Source: Chromera velia (taxonomy: Eukaryota). Taken from it: a DNA stretch of 64,000 nucleotides. The stretch's first letter is position 1; every line of letters begins with the position of its first letter. The position numbers and the translations under genes were made by a program. Below the pieces are notes generated by a model. That model was not told the DNA's origin and ran no database searches. It saw only the letters and a program-made list of their open reading frames with translations. Location: positions 62,001-126,000 of the forward strand of contig JAHBMJ010000532.1 of assembly GCA_018398765.1 (NCBI GenBank), written 5' to 3'. Of this stretch, positions 25,642-37,200 are shown in pieces.

Positions 25642-28347
25642 GACAGACAGACTGACTGACTGTGCAGACAGGGAGCCTAAAGCTCTTTTTCATTTTTTCT
25701 CTTCAGCTCCACCAGTCCTCATGTTTTGTGTGTGGATTATTCGGAGCCACAATACCTCGCGTACATGCGAATTGAAGCAGCCTGCCTTATTCTGTTCTAT
25801 CTGCGTGCAGGCTGTACTGGTTCCAATTGTCTGTTCTACGAGCAGACCAGCGACCTGACGAGTACCCCGAAGGCTTCCTCGACAAGCACCAAGTACTGGA
25901 TAGGCCCCAACACCACAGAGACCGACCTCGACCAGATAGAGGTCGAGAACATCGGAGCAGAGACCACCACCAAGGTTCTCTACTGGGCAGTGTTGAGACA
26001 GAGGTTGATGCACGGACGGAGGGAAAACTGGAGTCCGTCTCTGAAACCCTATTTCACAGGGGGGGCAGAGGACGATCAGTCTCTGACCTTGGCAGAGATG
26101 AACGGTCTGCTTCTGTCGAGACTCCGATCTTTCGATGGTCTGATGGGAGAGCTCACCACTGCCGCAACGAACCTGTCCACCATTCTTCGGTACCACAACC
26201 GCACAACAGATGAAGTCCGAAACGGTCAAGTGGAGGCGAACTCCACCACAACAGCAAAGAGGGTCCTGGAGGGAGAGGCTCAGTTGATTGATCAGTCGGA
26301 CAGGATACTCAAGCAGGTAGGGTACGGTCAAGGGAAGAGAAGAGAAGAGAAGAGAAGAGAAGGAGCTGTCGCATGGCTTTTTTTTTTTTTGATTGATTGC
26401 AGCCCCGCATTTTCTCACGGTCAAAAGAAAAGGGCGAGGCCAATTGTCTTGCACGTGTGTAAAGTACGTTTCGAACATCTCTTTCTTCTGCCGGCCTTCG
26501 GAATCAAACTGCATGCTCACAGACTGAATTCCTCGTTCTTTCCTCCCCCTCTGTGTCTGTGTATGCGCAGCAAGACTGTGCCTTCATGGCACCGTTCTTT
26601 GCTTACGAAGTTCCATTTTGGGGCGGGAATGTTAGCTCGGCCTCTCTCGACACTGCGGCATTCTGGCTGGGGGGAGGCATCGGCTTGATGGTCCTCGTCG
26701 TCACACAGGTTAGAGAGAAATGCAGACATGCAGATATGCAGCCTCCCTCCCTCCAAGCTCTTCTCTTCATTGAAGTGCTTGCTTGCTGATCCGGACGCAT
26801 CATCTTGAGGGAGTGAGATGTGTGTTCTTTTTCTCGTGTCAGTTCTTTGCTGAGGAATTAAAGGTTCCGACTGTACCGTCATCCAGGCTGTATGAGTGGA
26901 TGGGCCTCCTTGCACGGTGGTGTCATGTGCAGGTGCATGAAGACAAATCATGACCCTGTCTTTGTGTCTCTCGTGCCGTTTTGTCAAGAGCTTGTAATAT
27001 ATACAATCCAGTTGGCTTCACTTCAACTGGGTGTTCAGATCTGAAACCATGGAGCAACGACCCTTGTTGTTGCTGTTGTGGTCTTCAAACGCGTTTTCGA
27101 ATGTGTTTTTGCAGATTTTGGCTTTCCGACGTTTGGTGCGGAATCACATGAACTCGCTTCCTCCCAAGGAGGTGGCGATGCTGTACTGGGATGAGGTGGA
27201 GGCCTCTGCAGTGAATACGGTCACTCTGACTGCAAGGGGGCAGGCATTCCAGGCAGACAAATCGTGCAAGACTTTGGTCGGCATGAAGAACAGAAAGGCA
27301 GTTTTGAGGATTAGAAAGAACCCCTTCTTACACGAAGACAAGGCCGAGGAGCAGCCTGCTGCCGCATTGATCAAAAAGAACCTTCTGGACCCGGGGGAGA
27401 TCAGACTTCTCAATAAAGTCAGGAAGCAGCATGAGCTGAACTTTGATGAAGAAGACGAATGGCAGATTTTCGAAAGAAAGCAGAAAATGCTAGCGAGACA
27501 GGAGAAGAAAAGAGAGGGGGTAGGGCCGATGGAATCGGGTGGAGGGGCGCTCTCCAAGATTTTCCAGAAACGTCCAAACGAGACGGAGAATATGCGTCGA
27601 GCCCGCGTCGCAATTGACTTTCTAAGTCGCCACTACATGGCACTGAACAACGACGACGGGGGTGTGTATGACGAGGCAGAGGCCCAAGAGGTTGACCTAG
27701 GAGGGGGGGGAGATGAGGATGAGGACGAAGAAGACGGAGAGGAGGACCGTCAGTCGATGGGGTCATTTTTGGGAAGGAAGGACAGAGCAGTGGAGGATGT
27801 GGCCTCCGAAAGGTCAAAAGATTCGCAGGATTTGTTGGGACTTGACCCCCTTTCAAAGAAACCTAGCAGGGAGGAGGTGGACCTACTAGGGGGGGATGAG
27901 GAGGTCAAAGAGGCAGAAGGAGGGGAGGCAGGGCAAGACGAGACGCCAAAGGAGCCGGACAGTTCGAGTCCCACGGCAGCAGCAGCTCCATTAGGGCAGG
28001 CAGATAAAGAGGGAGAGGGAGAGGAGACGCCTGCAGCTGAAGCTGGAGAGGGGAGCGTCCACAGTCGGACGAGCAAGAGAAGCGCCAAGTCAGCCAAGTC
28101 CGCGAAGTCGTCGAAGTCCGACAAGAAGAAAGATAAAAAGAAGGACAAAGACAAGAAGGAAAAGGATAAGAAGAAAGACAAAGACTCCGACAAAAGCAAG
28201 GAAAAGGGAAAAGAAAAAGGAGAGGCAGACAAAGTGGTGGAAATGCCAACAGAGGGGGACCAAGAGAAGAAGGGTGCCGAGTCAGATAGGCCTGCAGCAA
28301 CTTTGCAGCTGGACCTGCCCGGTGTGGAGAAAAAAGAAAATCGATAG
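20086..28347 (+). CDS. Large multi-exon multi-pass membrane glycoprotein with Lys/Glu-rich cytoplasmic tail (topology reminiscent of prominin/Tweety)
   Basis: Signal peptide MKFLGLHLCLLLLAAVPTG; hydrophobic segments near 21000, 21740, 23620-23790 and 26660; many NxS/T sites; GT-AG-bounded exons (e.g. 22162-22677, 23040-23795, 25007-25409, 25811-26316, 27115-28347). Confidence 0.7.
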
Positions 28348-29347
28348 GAGACCGATGAGGACCGATGATTTTGATGAAAAAGGTAAGCTTACAGTCAGAT
28401 AGATCAGGAAGGTTTCTTTATAACAGTAAATTAACAGACAATTGCGTAGCACGTTTATTGAAAAATGATCATGATGGATGAACTAAAAAAATCATAATAC
28501 AATTGAATATCTGTCATGTTTGGCATGCGCTAGGGCATGTGCGCATACTTAGGCGCATACAATACTCGTAGACAATCCAGTGCGTAACCTGATCCTTGAG
28601 GGCCAGCTCTAGGGCCAGCCAGGGTAACCTGTGCTAGCTTATTTATGACTTACTAGGCATGTCACAGCAAAAAACAAAAGTCTCTAAAAAAATGAGATAT
28701 TTACTTTTTCTTTTTGTATGTCGCTAGGCATGTCAAGTCTTACATATTTTATAGGGTTTCAAAAAAAAAAAAATCTGACGCTCATCGCAAAGGTGACTCT
28801 TAAGTGAACGTCCCACCGTAAAACAGAATCCTGTGTACCATACTCTATACTTATGTACTTTGTTTTTCAGAAATGCAAAACTCAGCGTCTTTACGATACC
28901 TTTCACTTATAGTCTTTCATAATGATCTGTTTCTAAACAAAAAAGATCAGAAGCTTTGAATATGTACGTCATGAAACAAACTAGGAAACGAAGTTGAGTT
29001 GGTAGGGGGAAGAAAGGAAAATCTCGTTTTGTTTTTTACATAAAAGTCGCAGGAAAAGAAAGAAAAGACAAACATCCAGCTCCAAATGATTAAAGGAAAG
29101 GGTGTACGTCTTGATCGTGTTTAAGCTGTGACTTCACAATCAGATGTAAAGCTATACAGAGATTCACGCCAGAGATAATGGCGGTGATGGCTTCCTAGTG
29201 CCCTGACGATAGCCTAGACGATAGCTGCTTTCCCGGGCCACGTGAATTTTGACTTTCCGAGGCCGCATGTTGCGCAACAGCCTTTGAGATCGAAGCGCGG
29301 TCTCAAATCGTCAATTAATTGTGCGCATGCATTCGTGTGGATCTGAT

Positions 29348-30140
29348 GCAAGCAAGCTTGCGAAGGGCCCCGGAAAGCAAGAAAAATGAGAACTTCACGA
29401 TTGACGCACGCCGACCAGCCGATTGGACAGTCGCGCCGACCCCCCCCCCCCCNNNNNNNNNNNNNNNNNNNNNNNNNNNNNNNNNNNNNNNNNNNNNNNN
29501 NNNNNNNNNNNNNNNNNNNNNNNNNNNNNNNNNNNNNNNNNNNNNNNNNNNNNNNNNNNNNNNNNNNNNNNNNNNNNNNNNNNNNNNNNNNNNNNNNNNN
29601 NNNNNNNNNNNNNNNNNNNNNNNNNNNNNNNNNNNNNNNNNNNNNNNNNNNNNNNNNNNNNNNNNNNNNNNNNNNNNNNNNNNNNNNNNNNNNNNNNNNN
29701 NNNNNNNNNNNNNNNNNNNNNNNNNNNNNNNNNNNNNNNNNNNNNNNNNNNNNNNNNNNNNNNNNNNNNNNNNNNNNNNNNNNNNNNNNNNNNNNNNNNN
29801 NNNNNNNNNNNNNNNNNGGGAAAAGCCGCAAAACCCCCTCTCCCCCAGCAAAAAAGCCCGGGGATGTAGCCTGTCATTTTCCGGGGCCACTGACGCACGC
29901 ATGCATGACGATGCGGGTTCATGCACGCTTTTCTGGACCATTTGGGACGGGATCTTTCCGGGGCCTTTTTTTGATAAAAATCGGGTAATCGGGTCTGAAG
30001 TCTACCTGACACACGCACATTTGGCGCACATTCAGCCTTTCGGGGCCGGGTTTTTACCGAAAGACAGCGTGCGTGCACGCACGCACGCGGGCTGGGGTAT
30101 TTCTGTTTTTTAAATGCCCCCCGCTTCGCTTTCCGGGGCC
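29348..30140. mobile_element. Nested insertion in the 5' LTR with 7-bp flanking duplication ATCTGAT and 13-bp inverted repeats GGCCCCGGAAAGC
   Basis: ATCTGAT at 29341-29347 and 30141-30147 (single copy in the 3' LTR); inverted repeats at 29366-29378 and 30128-30140. Confidence 0.75.
29453..29817. other. Assembly gap (N run)
   Basis: 365 N flanked by poly-C and GGG. Confidence 0.99.
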
Positions 30141-32781
30141 ATCTGATCATGCTTCCCCTTTCTGATTGAAAGCTTGCATCACGGTTCAATGAGCGACCTC
30201 CCGGTTTCTCACTCACTTCTTCTGACACTCGACCTTGATCTATGCATTCTTTCAAACGTCTCACCTCAGATCAGTCTAAGTGTTACGATGATTTCTTTGT
30301 GTAGACGGATGAGCTAGTGAGTGAATCTCCCTTTTATCAGAATCTCTTAATGTGATCGACCAAGGTAGTGTGAGTCTAGCCTAAGGCCTTTTCGGTTGCT
30401 AGTCTCCCGACCAGCGCTACCTATCACATCATGTGGTGCCGGCTCTTTTCCGGGAGAGAACGAGACCGCGGAAGTCTGGTCTCTTCCCCCTCTTTCTCTC
30501 AAATCTTTTCTCTCGATGTAGTCCAGCAGAGTGAACGTGAACCCTCCACTGCAGGCCCGTTCTCGATCCCTCTTCTCTCTTCATCTCCTGCATTTGCGAT
30601 GCCACCAGCGGCGATACACAGAGATCAGTCTTGATTGGCAGATTCCAAAGCGTTCTCTTCCCCGACGTTAAGCACTGGTCGCTCCACCACTTTTTGTGAC
30701 GACCCCTCTATGTGGGTCTTGGGTGGATTCTAAAGTGTTTGCTTCCATCCTCTTCCAACGTCGGCTGTCCGAGCTCAACGCTCTGAACGCTGGTCGCTCC
30801 ATATGCAAGACTCCAACCGACCTTCGATCCTCTCTCTGCTGGATGCTTCTGACCTTCTCTACTTCCTTTTACTTCCTTCAACGCCCTCCACACCGACCAC
30901 AAGATCGCGTCGGAGGTCACTGCGGGCCACTGGCAGTTGTTCTCTATCCGTTGAGACAACTGTTGGTCCACATCGAAACGATCTCGTGAAGATTCAATGA
31001 CAACTTCCAGGGCTTATGTCTCCCCATTGGGACCCGGTCTGGCTGTATACAACTCTGGCCCTTCCTGCGACCGGAAGGTTTTCTCGGCCACCTCCGATGG
31101 CCTACCATAGGTTTGGTTCCGAAGTATGATGACCCACACTGGTCGCCCGCCCACTCCAAGCACAGATGGCGTGAGTCAAGGTTCGCTCTCTTGATGGTCG
31201 TGGTCTGTCTTCTCGAACAACAAGGGTCTGGTTCCAAAGTGCTTACTAACGTACTGGTCGCCCGCCCTCTCAAAGAGCCCCTGCAAGGTGCAGCGCTCCT
31301 TCTCGAACAACTTGGGTTTAGTAACGACGTGCTTTCTGCTTGAGCACGGGTTGACTGCCTTTGCTAACTTCAAGGAGTTTTCTACTCCTTCTCGATAAGT
31401 TTGGAGACGGAGCATGCTGTCACGGTCTGTCTCTCGGTCTCTCTTCAGCTGAGAGCCTCTTTATTTCTTTTTTGACTGCATGTTGTCGCATTCGAACGGC
31501 ATACAGTCTTTCTGTCTTGACTTTGCTCAAGCCTGTCTAAGACAGACACTGTTTCTTCCTACTTGATCGTTGGACGCATGCTAGGACGCATGCATACGTC
31601 ACGATCACTCTTTTTCTGTCGGATTGAGTTTGCATTGATCGGGTGGCATGGTTTTCTGACGCATGTTGCACGTCGCGATCTCTTCTCTCTCCGTTTTCTC
31701 ACAGTTTTTGATCAATTTTCGTTTCTCTCTTGTGCGTGCACTTTCTTCTTTCTGTCGATTGTGCATGCGCTACCGCTGTAAAGAGAGAAATCCATATAAA
31801 GCTACAAGCTCCTCTCCTACCTCTTCTAGCTCTTTGACTGCTTTTTTCTCTGGTGGTTCAGTGCGGGACTCAGTGCGCTACCGCTGTAGAGAGAGAAATC
31901 CTCATAAAGCTACAGAGATTCATGCCAGAGATAACGGCGGCGATGGCTTTATAGTGCCCTGACGACAGCCTAGACGACAGCCGCTTTCCCGGGCCATGTG
32001 AACTTTGACTTTCCGGGGCCACATGTTGCGCAACAGCCTTTGAGATCGAAGCGCGGTCTCAAATCGTCGATTAATTGTGTGCATGTATTCGTGTAGATCT
32101 GATCATGTTTCCTCTTTCTGATTGAAAGCTTGCATTACAGTTCAATGAGCGACCTCCCGGTTTCTCATTCACTTCTTCTGACACTCGACCTTGATTTATG
32201 CATTCCTTCAAACGTCTCACCTCAGATCAGTCTAGGTGTTACGATGATTTCTTTGTGTAGACGGACGAGCTAGTGAGTGACTCTCCCCTTTATCAGAATC
32301 TCTTGATGTGATCGACCAAGGTGGTGTGAGTGTAGCCTAAGGCCTTTTCGGTTGCTAGTCTCCCGACTAGCGCCTCCCGACCAGCGCCACCTATTACATC
32401 ATGTCAGATAGCACATCTAGCTCTGCGAAAGTTGTGAAGGATGACGATTGATGCTAGGATTGAGGATTGAACAAGTCTCTAAACAAGTCTTTCTAAAAAT
32501 ATTGTAGTAAATCAGATTTGCTAGCAGCTTTGTAAGCCAGTTCTACAGTTAACCTAAGCATTAAGTCTAGGCTGTCTAACATTAAATTACACTTATTAAA
32601 ATTTATATCATGCAGGATTAGGAATCCGCTAGTGCATGTAAGATGATAACTAGAATCATAAAAAATTTTTTTTTTCATGTTAAATTCGTGATAGGGATTC
32701 CGGTCCATTAAAAAAGAAAGTATCTGGCAAACAGCTAGGTAAACAGAGATATTTACTTTGGGAGGGGGGGGGGATACCCCT

Positions 32782-32870
32782 AGATGATGATGATGATGAT
32801 TGAGGGTTAAATCCTAGATTTAGCGACGCCAAATCCCAAGCCACTAGCAAGGCTTTGAGGACAACCCAGA
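32782..32870 (-). mobile_element. Severely 5'-truncated copy (3' UTR plus (ATC)n tail) of the LINE at 42591-51350
   Basis: Identical over ~85 bp to 42592-42678. Confidence 0.9.
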
Positions 32871-33015
32871 GCCCCCATTCAGATAACCCAAATTATGTTT
32901 TTTTTTTTTTTTTGTTACTATAGCAAAATATAGTGGGAGTAATAAGCTTTTATGCATAGCTAGATGCGTATAATAATCTACGTGGATAATAATGAGTATG
33001 ATTAACTAGGCTCCG

Positions 33016-33386
33016 CACTGTAAAAAGAAATAAAAAAATATCGGAGCCAATTCTTTTAAATAGTAAATTTATACATTTTTTTTTATATATCCTGACAAAC
33101 AATTGTTGTTCAAGTGTTGTGCATGAAAGTGTTGCAACTTGCAAAGGTGTTGTCTACATGTTATAAAAAGTATTAAAGACTGTAATGTAAATTAAAAGAG
33201 TGTTACATAAAGAATAAGACTTATTCAGGTGTTGCTAAGGAGTTGCTAGGGTGTTGTTCAAATCTTGCATTGCAGTTGCAAAGAGTGTTACACAGTGTAG
33301 CTAGAAAAACAACCGTTATAGTTATTGTGCTGATATAAAAAAAAAAGATCAGCACTGTTTATTATTATTTTTTTTTTAAAAGAGTG
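33016..33386. mobile_element. Possible degenerate CACT-terminated MITE
   Basis: CACTGTAAAAA...TTTAAAAGAGTG ends and about 7 internal RGTGTTR repeats; no clear TSD. Confidence 0.35.
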
Positions 33387-33476
33387 CAGACGCTAAATAT
33401 AATTAATGAACTTTTCTTACTATTTTACATAGTGTTTTACCTATTCCACCTCAACTTTTTGCCCATGCATACATAA

Positions 33477-33550
33477 TACTTACTTACTTACTTAAGGTTG
33501 GTTGAGCCTAGGGTCTCCTACAACCAGAGACGGACGGCAACCCATGCATA
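33477..33550 (-). mobile_element. Possible retroposon 3' end with (TAAG)n tail
   Basis: On the minus strand a GGTTG...CAACC stem-loop is followed directly by TAAGTAAGTAAGTAAG; single copy in the window. Confidence 0.3.
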
Positions 33551-33728
33551 AATGAACTCTATTGAAATCTTATCAATCAATATTGTATCTGACATTCCAC
33601 TTCAACTTCTTTAGACTCTTTCTATTCTCAGCCTGGCCAGTTTCCTCCTCAACTGCTATTCACTTTGATTTTTATTTATACAGGTTGCAACCGCGATACA
33701 CTGACATTTACATGCTTGTACGCATGTA

Positions 33729-34199
33729 CTACCATCGTCCTGCTAACTGAAATGGTGACGAGAAAATCTCATCTTCATCCTGCCACATCTGCAGAGCGGC
33801 AGCGCCATCAATTTTCCATTTTTGCAGAATGGATGGCATACGCGCATCTTCTGTCGCAGTTGCGTTTGCCGCTTGCTCCACTCCATTCTCCCCTTTGGTT
33901 TGGTCCTCTTCCGCTTCGGGTTCCCTGAACCCCTGGTCCCGCTTGAACACCGCACTCAAAGTCGTCTGGTTTCTCCGGGGGGCGTACAAAAGAGGCTCCG
34001 CAAGGCCGGCCCCCGCCACATCCTCTGCCCTTTGAGCTTCCCTCTTCGCCTGCAAGGAAGGAGATTGAGATAGTGAAATGGCAAAGATCAACGGTCCACA
34101 ATCAAAGTGTGAAGCTTTTGAAAAAAAAAGCCAGTCAGAGCCAGGCTGCTTGATACTCACACCTCTCCAAGTGAACATGCACAGTCACATATCACGCTC

Positions 34200-34264
<65 letters not shown>

Positions 34265-37200
34265 GGAGAGTCAGTCGCAAAAACAGATGTGAAGAACATT
34301 TGTTGGGGGGAAAGAACTGCATGGTTCCTTCTATGCAGAAGGGCATTGAATGCTCCTTTCCGTGCACATTGTTTCCAAGCAATCACAAGAACAAAGAAAG
34401 AGACGGACCGATGCCCCGGCTTCATATCCGAAGAGGACGTAGAAGGCTGCAGTCAGAGGAGTGGCTGCGGAGAGAAAATTCCACGAAACCTCGGGGATGT
34501 TCTTCCAAGGACCCGACAGACTCGACAGAGCTCCGAACATTTGGGCAACTGCCGACGTCATCGCACTCTGCATGCAAGGAAGGATCCCCGAGGGAGAAAG
34601 AAAGCAGACCGACGGNGGGGGGGGGGGGGGAACAGGGATTGAAGAGAAGAGAGAGAAGCTGCCTTAAGGAACTGGGGGTCTACCTCCCTTGACTTGGAAC
34701 TCTCCACAAATAAAGAAAAAATAAATGCGACATGCACTAGACCAGGCCACTTGTGAAACAGACGTTCTGTCAAGTTTCTCTTCTTACTTTTCGGATTCAA
34801 TTGCAGGATTTCGGTGCTCTCGTCCTTCCTTTCTTTGGTCCTTTCTTCCCACCAACCACCCTCCTCTAATTTCTTCCATCATTTCTTCCTCCTTCCCCGC
34901 CTACCTCATTGCGCTTCTTTGGGTTGTTGGCACAAGTAAGACGTGCTCTTCTCCTTCTTCACTTTCTTTGTGTCTCTCACTGTGTGTCTCTCGATCGACT
35001 TCCCTTTAAAATTCGTCCATAACTTGTAGTGAGAAAATTTCTCTGAACGCGTCCAATTTAGCCAGTGATGCACGTTGCACCGAGAAAAAGCCAGTCAGTC
35101 ACACAAACCCTCACACAGAGAGTGACAGAAAGACACAGGAAGGAGACGAAAAAAAGTGTGACCGGCGTATTGCCACATCCCGACAGACAGACAGACAGAC
35201 CTTTGCAGACGACCAGGGCAGGACGGCTGCGTTGGTTGTTGCCCTCGCGACCTCTGCCTTCACAAGCGATCCCGCGATCTGCTTTGTGGACGTGGCTCTT
35301 CCTGCTCGAGCTCCCGCGATCTCCGCAAACACAGACGCCACGGAGGCCGTCAGTGCGGCCACGGATGCCACCTCCACAGGACGCAGGTTGGAGGTAGACA
35401 CCACAGCTGCAAACACGACCGGGAAGGTCACAGCCAGAAGGGCGAGGGCAGTCGCGCGAGCGTTTTGGGGGTTGTCTCGGGCCGCTGCCATCTCATCTGG
35501 GGTGTTGGCCTGCAGACAAACAGATGAACAGTGCATGCATTTACTTTCATACATAAAAGATAAATAAAAGTTGGCCTGCAGACAAACAGATAAACAGTGC
35601 ATGCATTTACTTTCATACATAAAAGTTGGCCTGCAGACAAACAGATAAACAGAGAGGCAGGCAGGTGGTACAGTTGGGCAGAGGACAGAGAGTCATCGGA
35701 CCGGACCAGTAAGCGATCTTGCACGGATTCAAAACTTCAGAGACACGCAAACATCAAGCAATGCGGAGAGTCCATTGAGCTCGCAGAATTCTGAAAAGAA
35801 ATATATCTCCTTTCTTGCCAGTAGCCCCTTTCCATCCCCCCGCAGTGGGAGGAAAATCTGATGGACCGGACACACGACGAGAACCGCACACCCCGTAACT
35901 CTCCTGATGCTCAAAGCAGGCTGAAGTATGTCTGTCCCATCTTTCAATCAACTGAACAACGAACCAAACAGTCAAGGACGCGAATCGGTCAATCAACAGG
36001 CTGACAAACCTAGACACCCACCCTCGCTATTTCCGCCTCCACCCATCCATTTGTGGCTGCCACTGCCGCCTGAGAGGCCCCGATGGCCGCGATGAAGGGC
36101 CCAATCCACTCCCAGGGCCCGTCTGTACCGAAGTACGCGTTCAACTTGATCTCCAGGTCCACGGGGGGAGTCATCAAACCCGCAACAACCGCGCCCGCCT
36201 GCACAAGCAGCAAAGCGCAGGAGAAGCAGACAGAAGAAGACAGATCAAAATGAAGTGAAGGCTGACTGCTCGTGTAGGGTAAAGCACTCTTCGAACGAAA
36301 AATGGAAATGTCGAAACGACATCTGATACAGTAGAAGTAGAGAAGACAGCGGAAGTCGGCACGCAGCCCGAAATGCGACGCTAGCAAGCCGGGAAGATGT
36401 TTTGAAGCAAGATGCATTTCAGACGTGATCCTGACAAACGGCAGGCGTGACACCGACGGTGATTTAAAACGCCCTTCCTCTTTCTGTCCAACTGTCTATC
36501 CTCTTGCGTCTCCTACCCCCCCCCGCCATTTGAAGGATATGAATCATCTGCGGTTTCCCTCACTTGCACAAAAACAACACCCTGAGTAAAGGATCTCCTT
36601 CCCACCCTTCTGAAGGAGTCGTCAACACGCCGTGCTCACCAATCTACGCATATACGACAGAGCGGGAGAAACGTGGAGCCGACAAGTCAAAGAAAAACAC
36701 CTGCGATTCCCCCCTCACCTGCGCAATCGCCGCAGCTCTCGGAACTTGCGCTGACTGTCTTTCCGCCCTCGCTGCAGAAACAAGATGCGTGCATACGAAC
36801 TTAACACTGCTCTCTCTATATCTCTATCTCTCTCGCTCTATTTCTTTCTCTCTCTTTTTCTGTCCCTCCATTTTTTTGTTTTTCACAAACACAGCAGGAA
36901 CTCCGCCTATGGCTCTCCATGGTTCCTTTTTCAACTCCAAAAATCCTTTCCTGCTTCAGTCTGTCCGCTGCAATGTTCGGATCCTCTCGATCCAGCTGCC
37001 TTTGTCTGTCGGACGCACCTTCCCTATCTCCGTCCGTCATTTGTTCTCTTTGTTCCCCTCCTTCTTTTTTCAAAAAAAGATCTTCGCCCCCCTTTGACGT
37101 CAAACAATGTCGTGCCTCCCTCACGCCCCCGCTCAATTCCCGCCAATACAGAAGATGAAACCATGCCAAACGAAAAAGAGGTGTACTGTGTAGGCGCTCC

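Larger units (their letters stand above)
29145..32403 (+). mobile_element. Non-autonomous LTR retroelement; ~490-bp LTRs, 5' LTR interrupted by a nested insertion
   Basis: 5' LTR 29145-29347 plus 30148-30433; 3' LTR ~31905-32403; ~93% identical; TGTAA...TTACA ends; PBS-like TGGTGCCGG at 30434; flanking TCAGA at 29140-29144 and 32404-32408; no intact pol. Confidence 0.85.

Noticed and set aside
28430..28740. Homology to 7230-7340 as a shared ancient repeat
   Set aside because: Similarity is too patchy in AT-rich DNA to support by eye.
29214..30264. Long ORFs spanning the N run
   Set aside because: Artefacts of the assembly gap.
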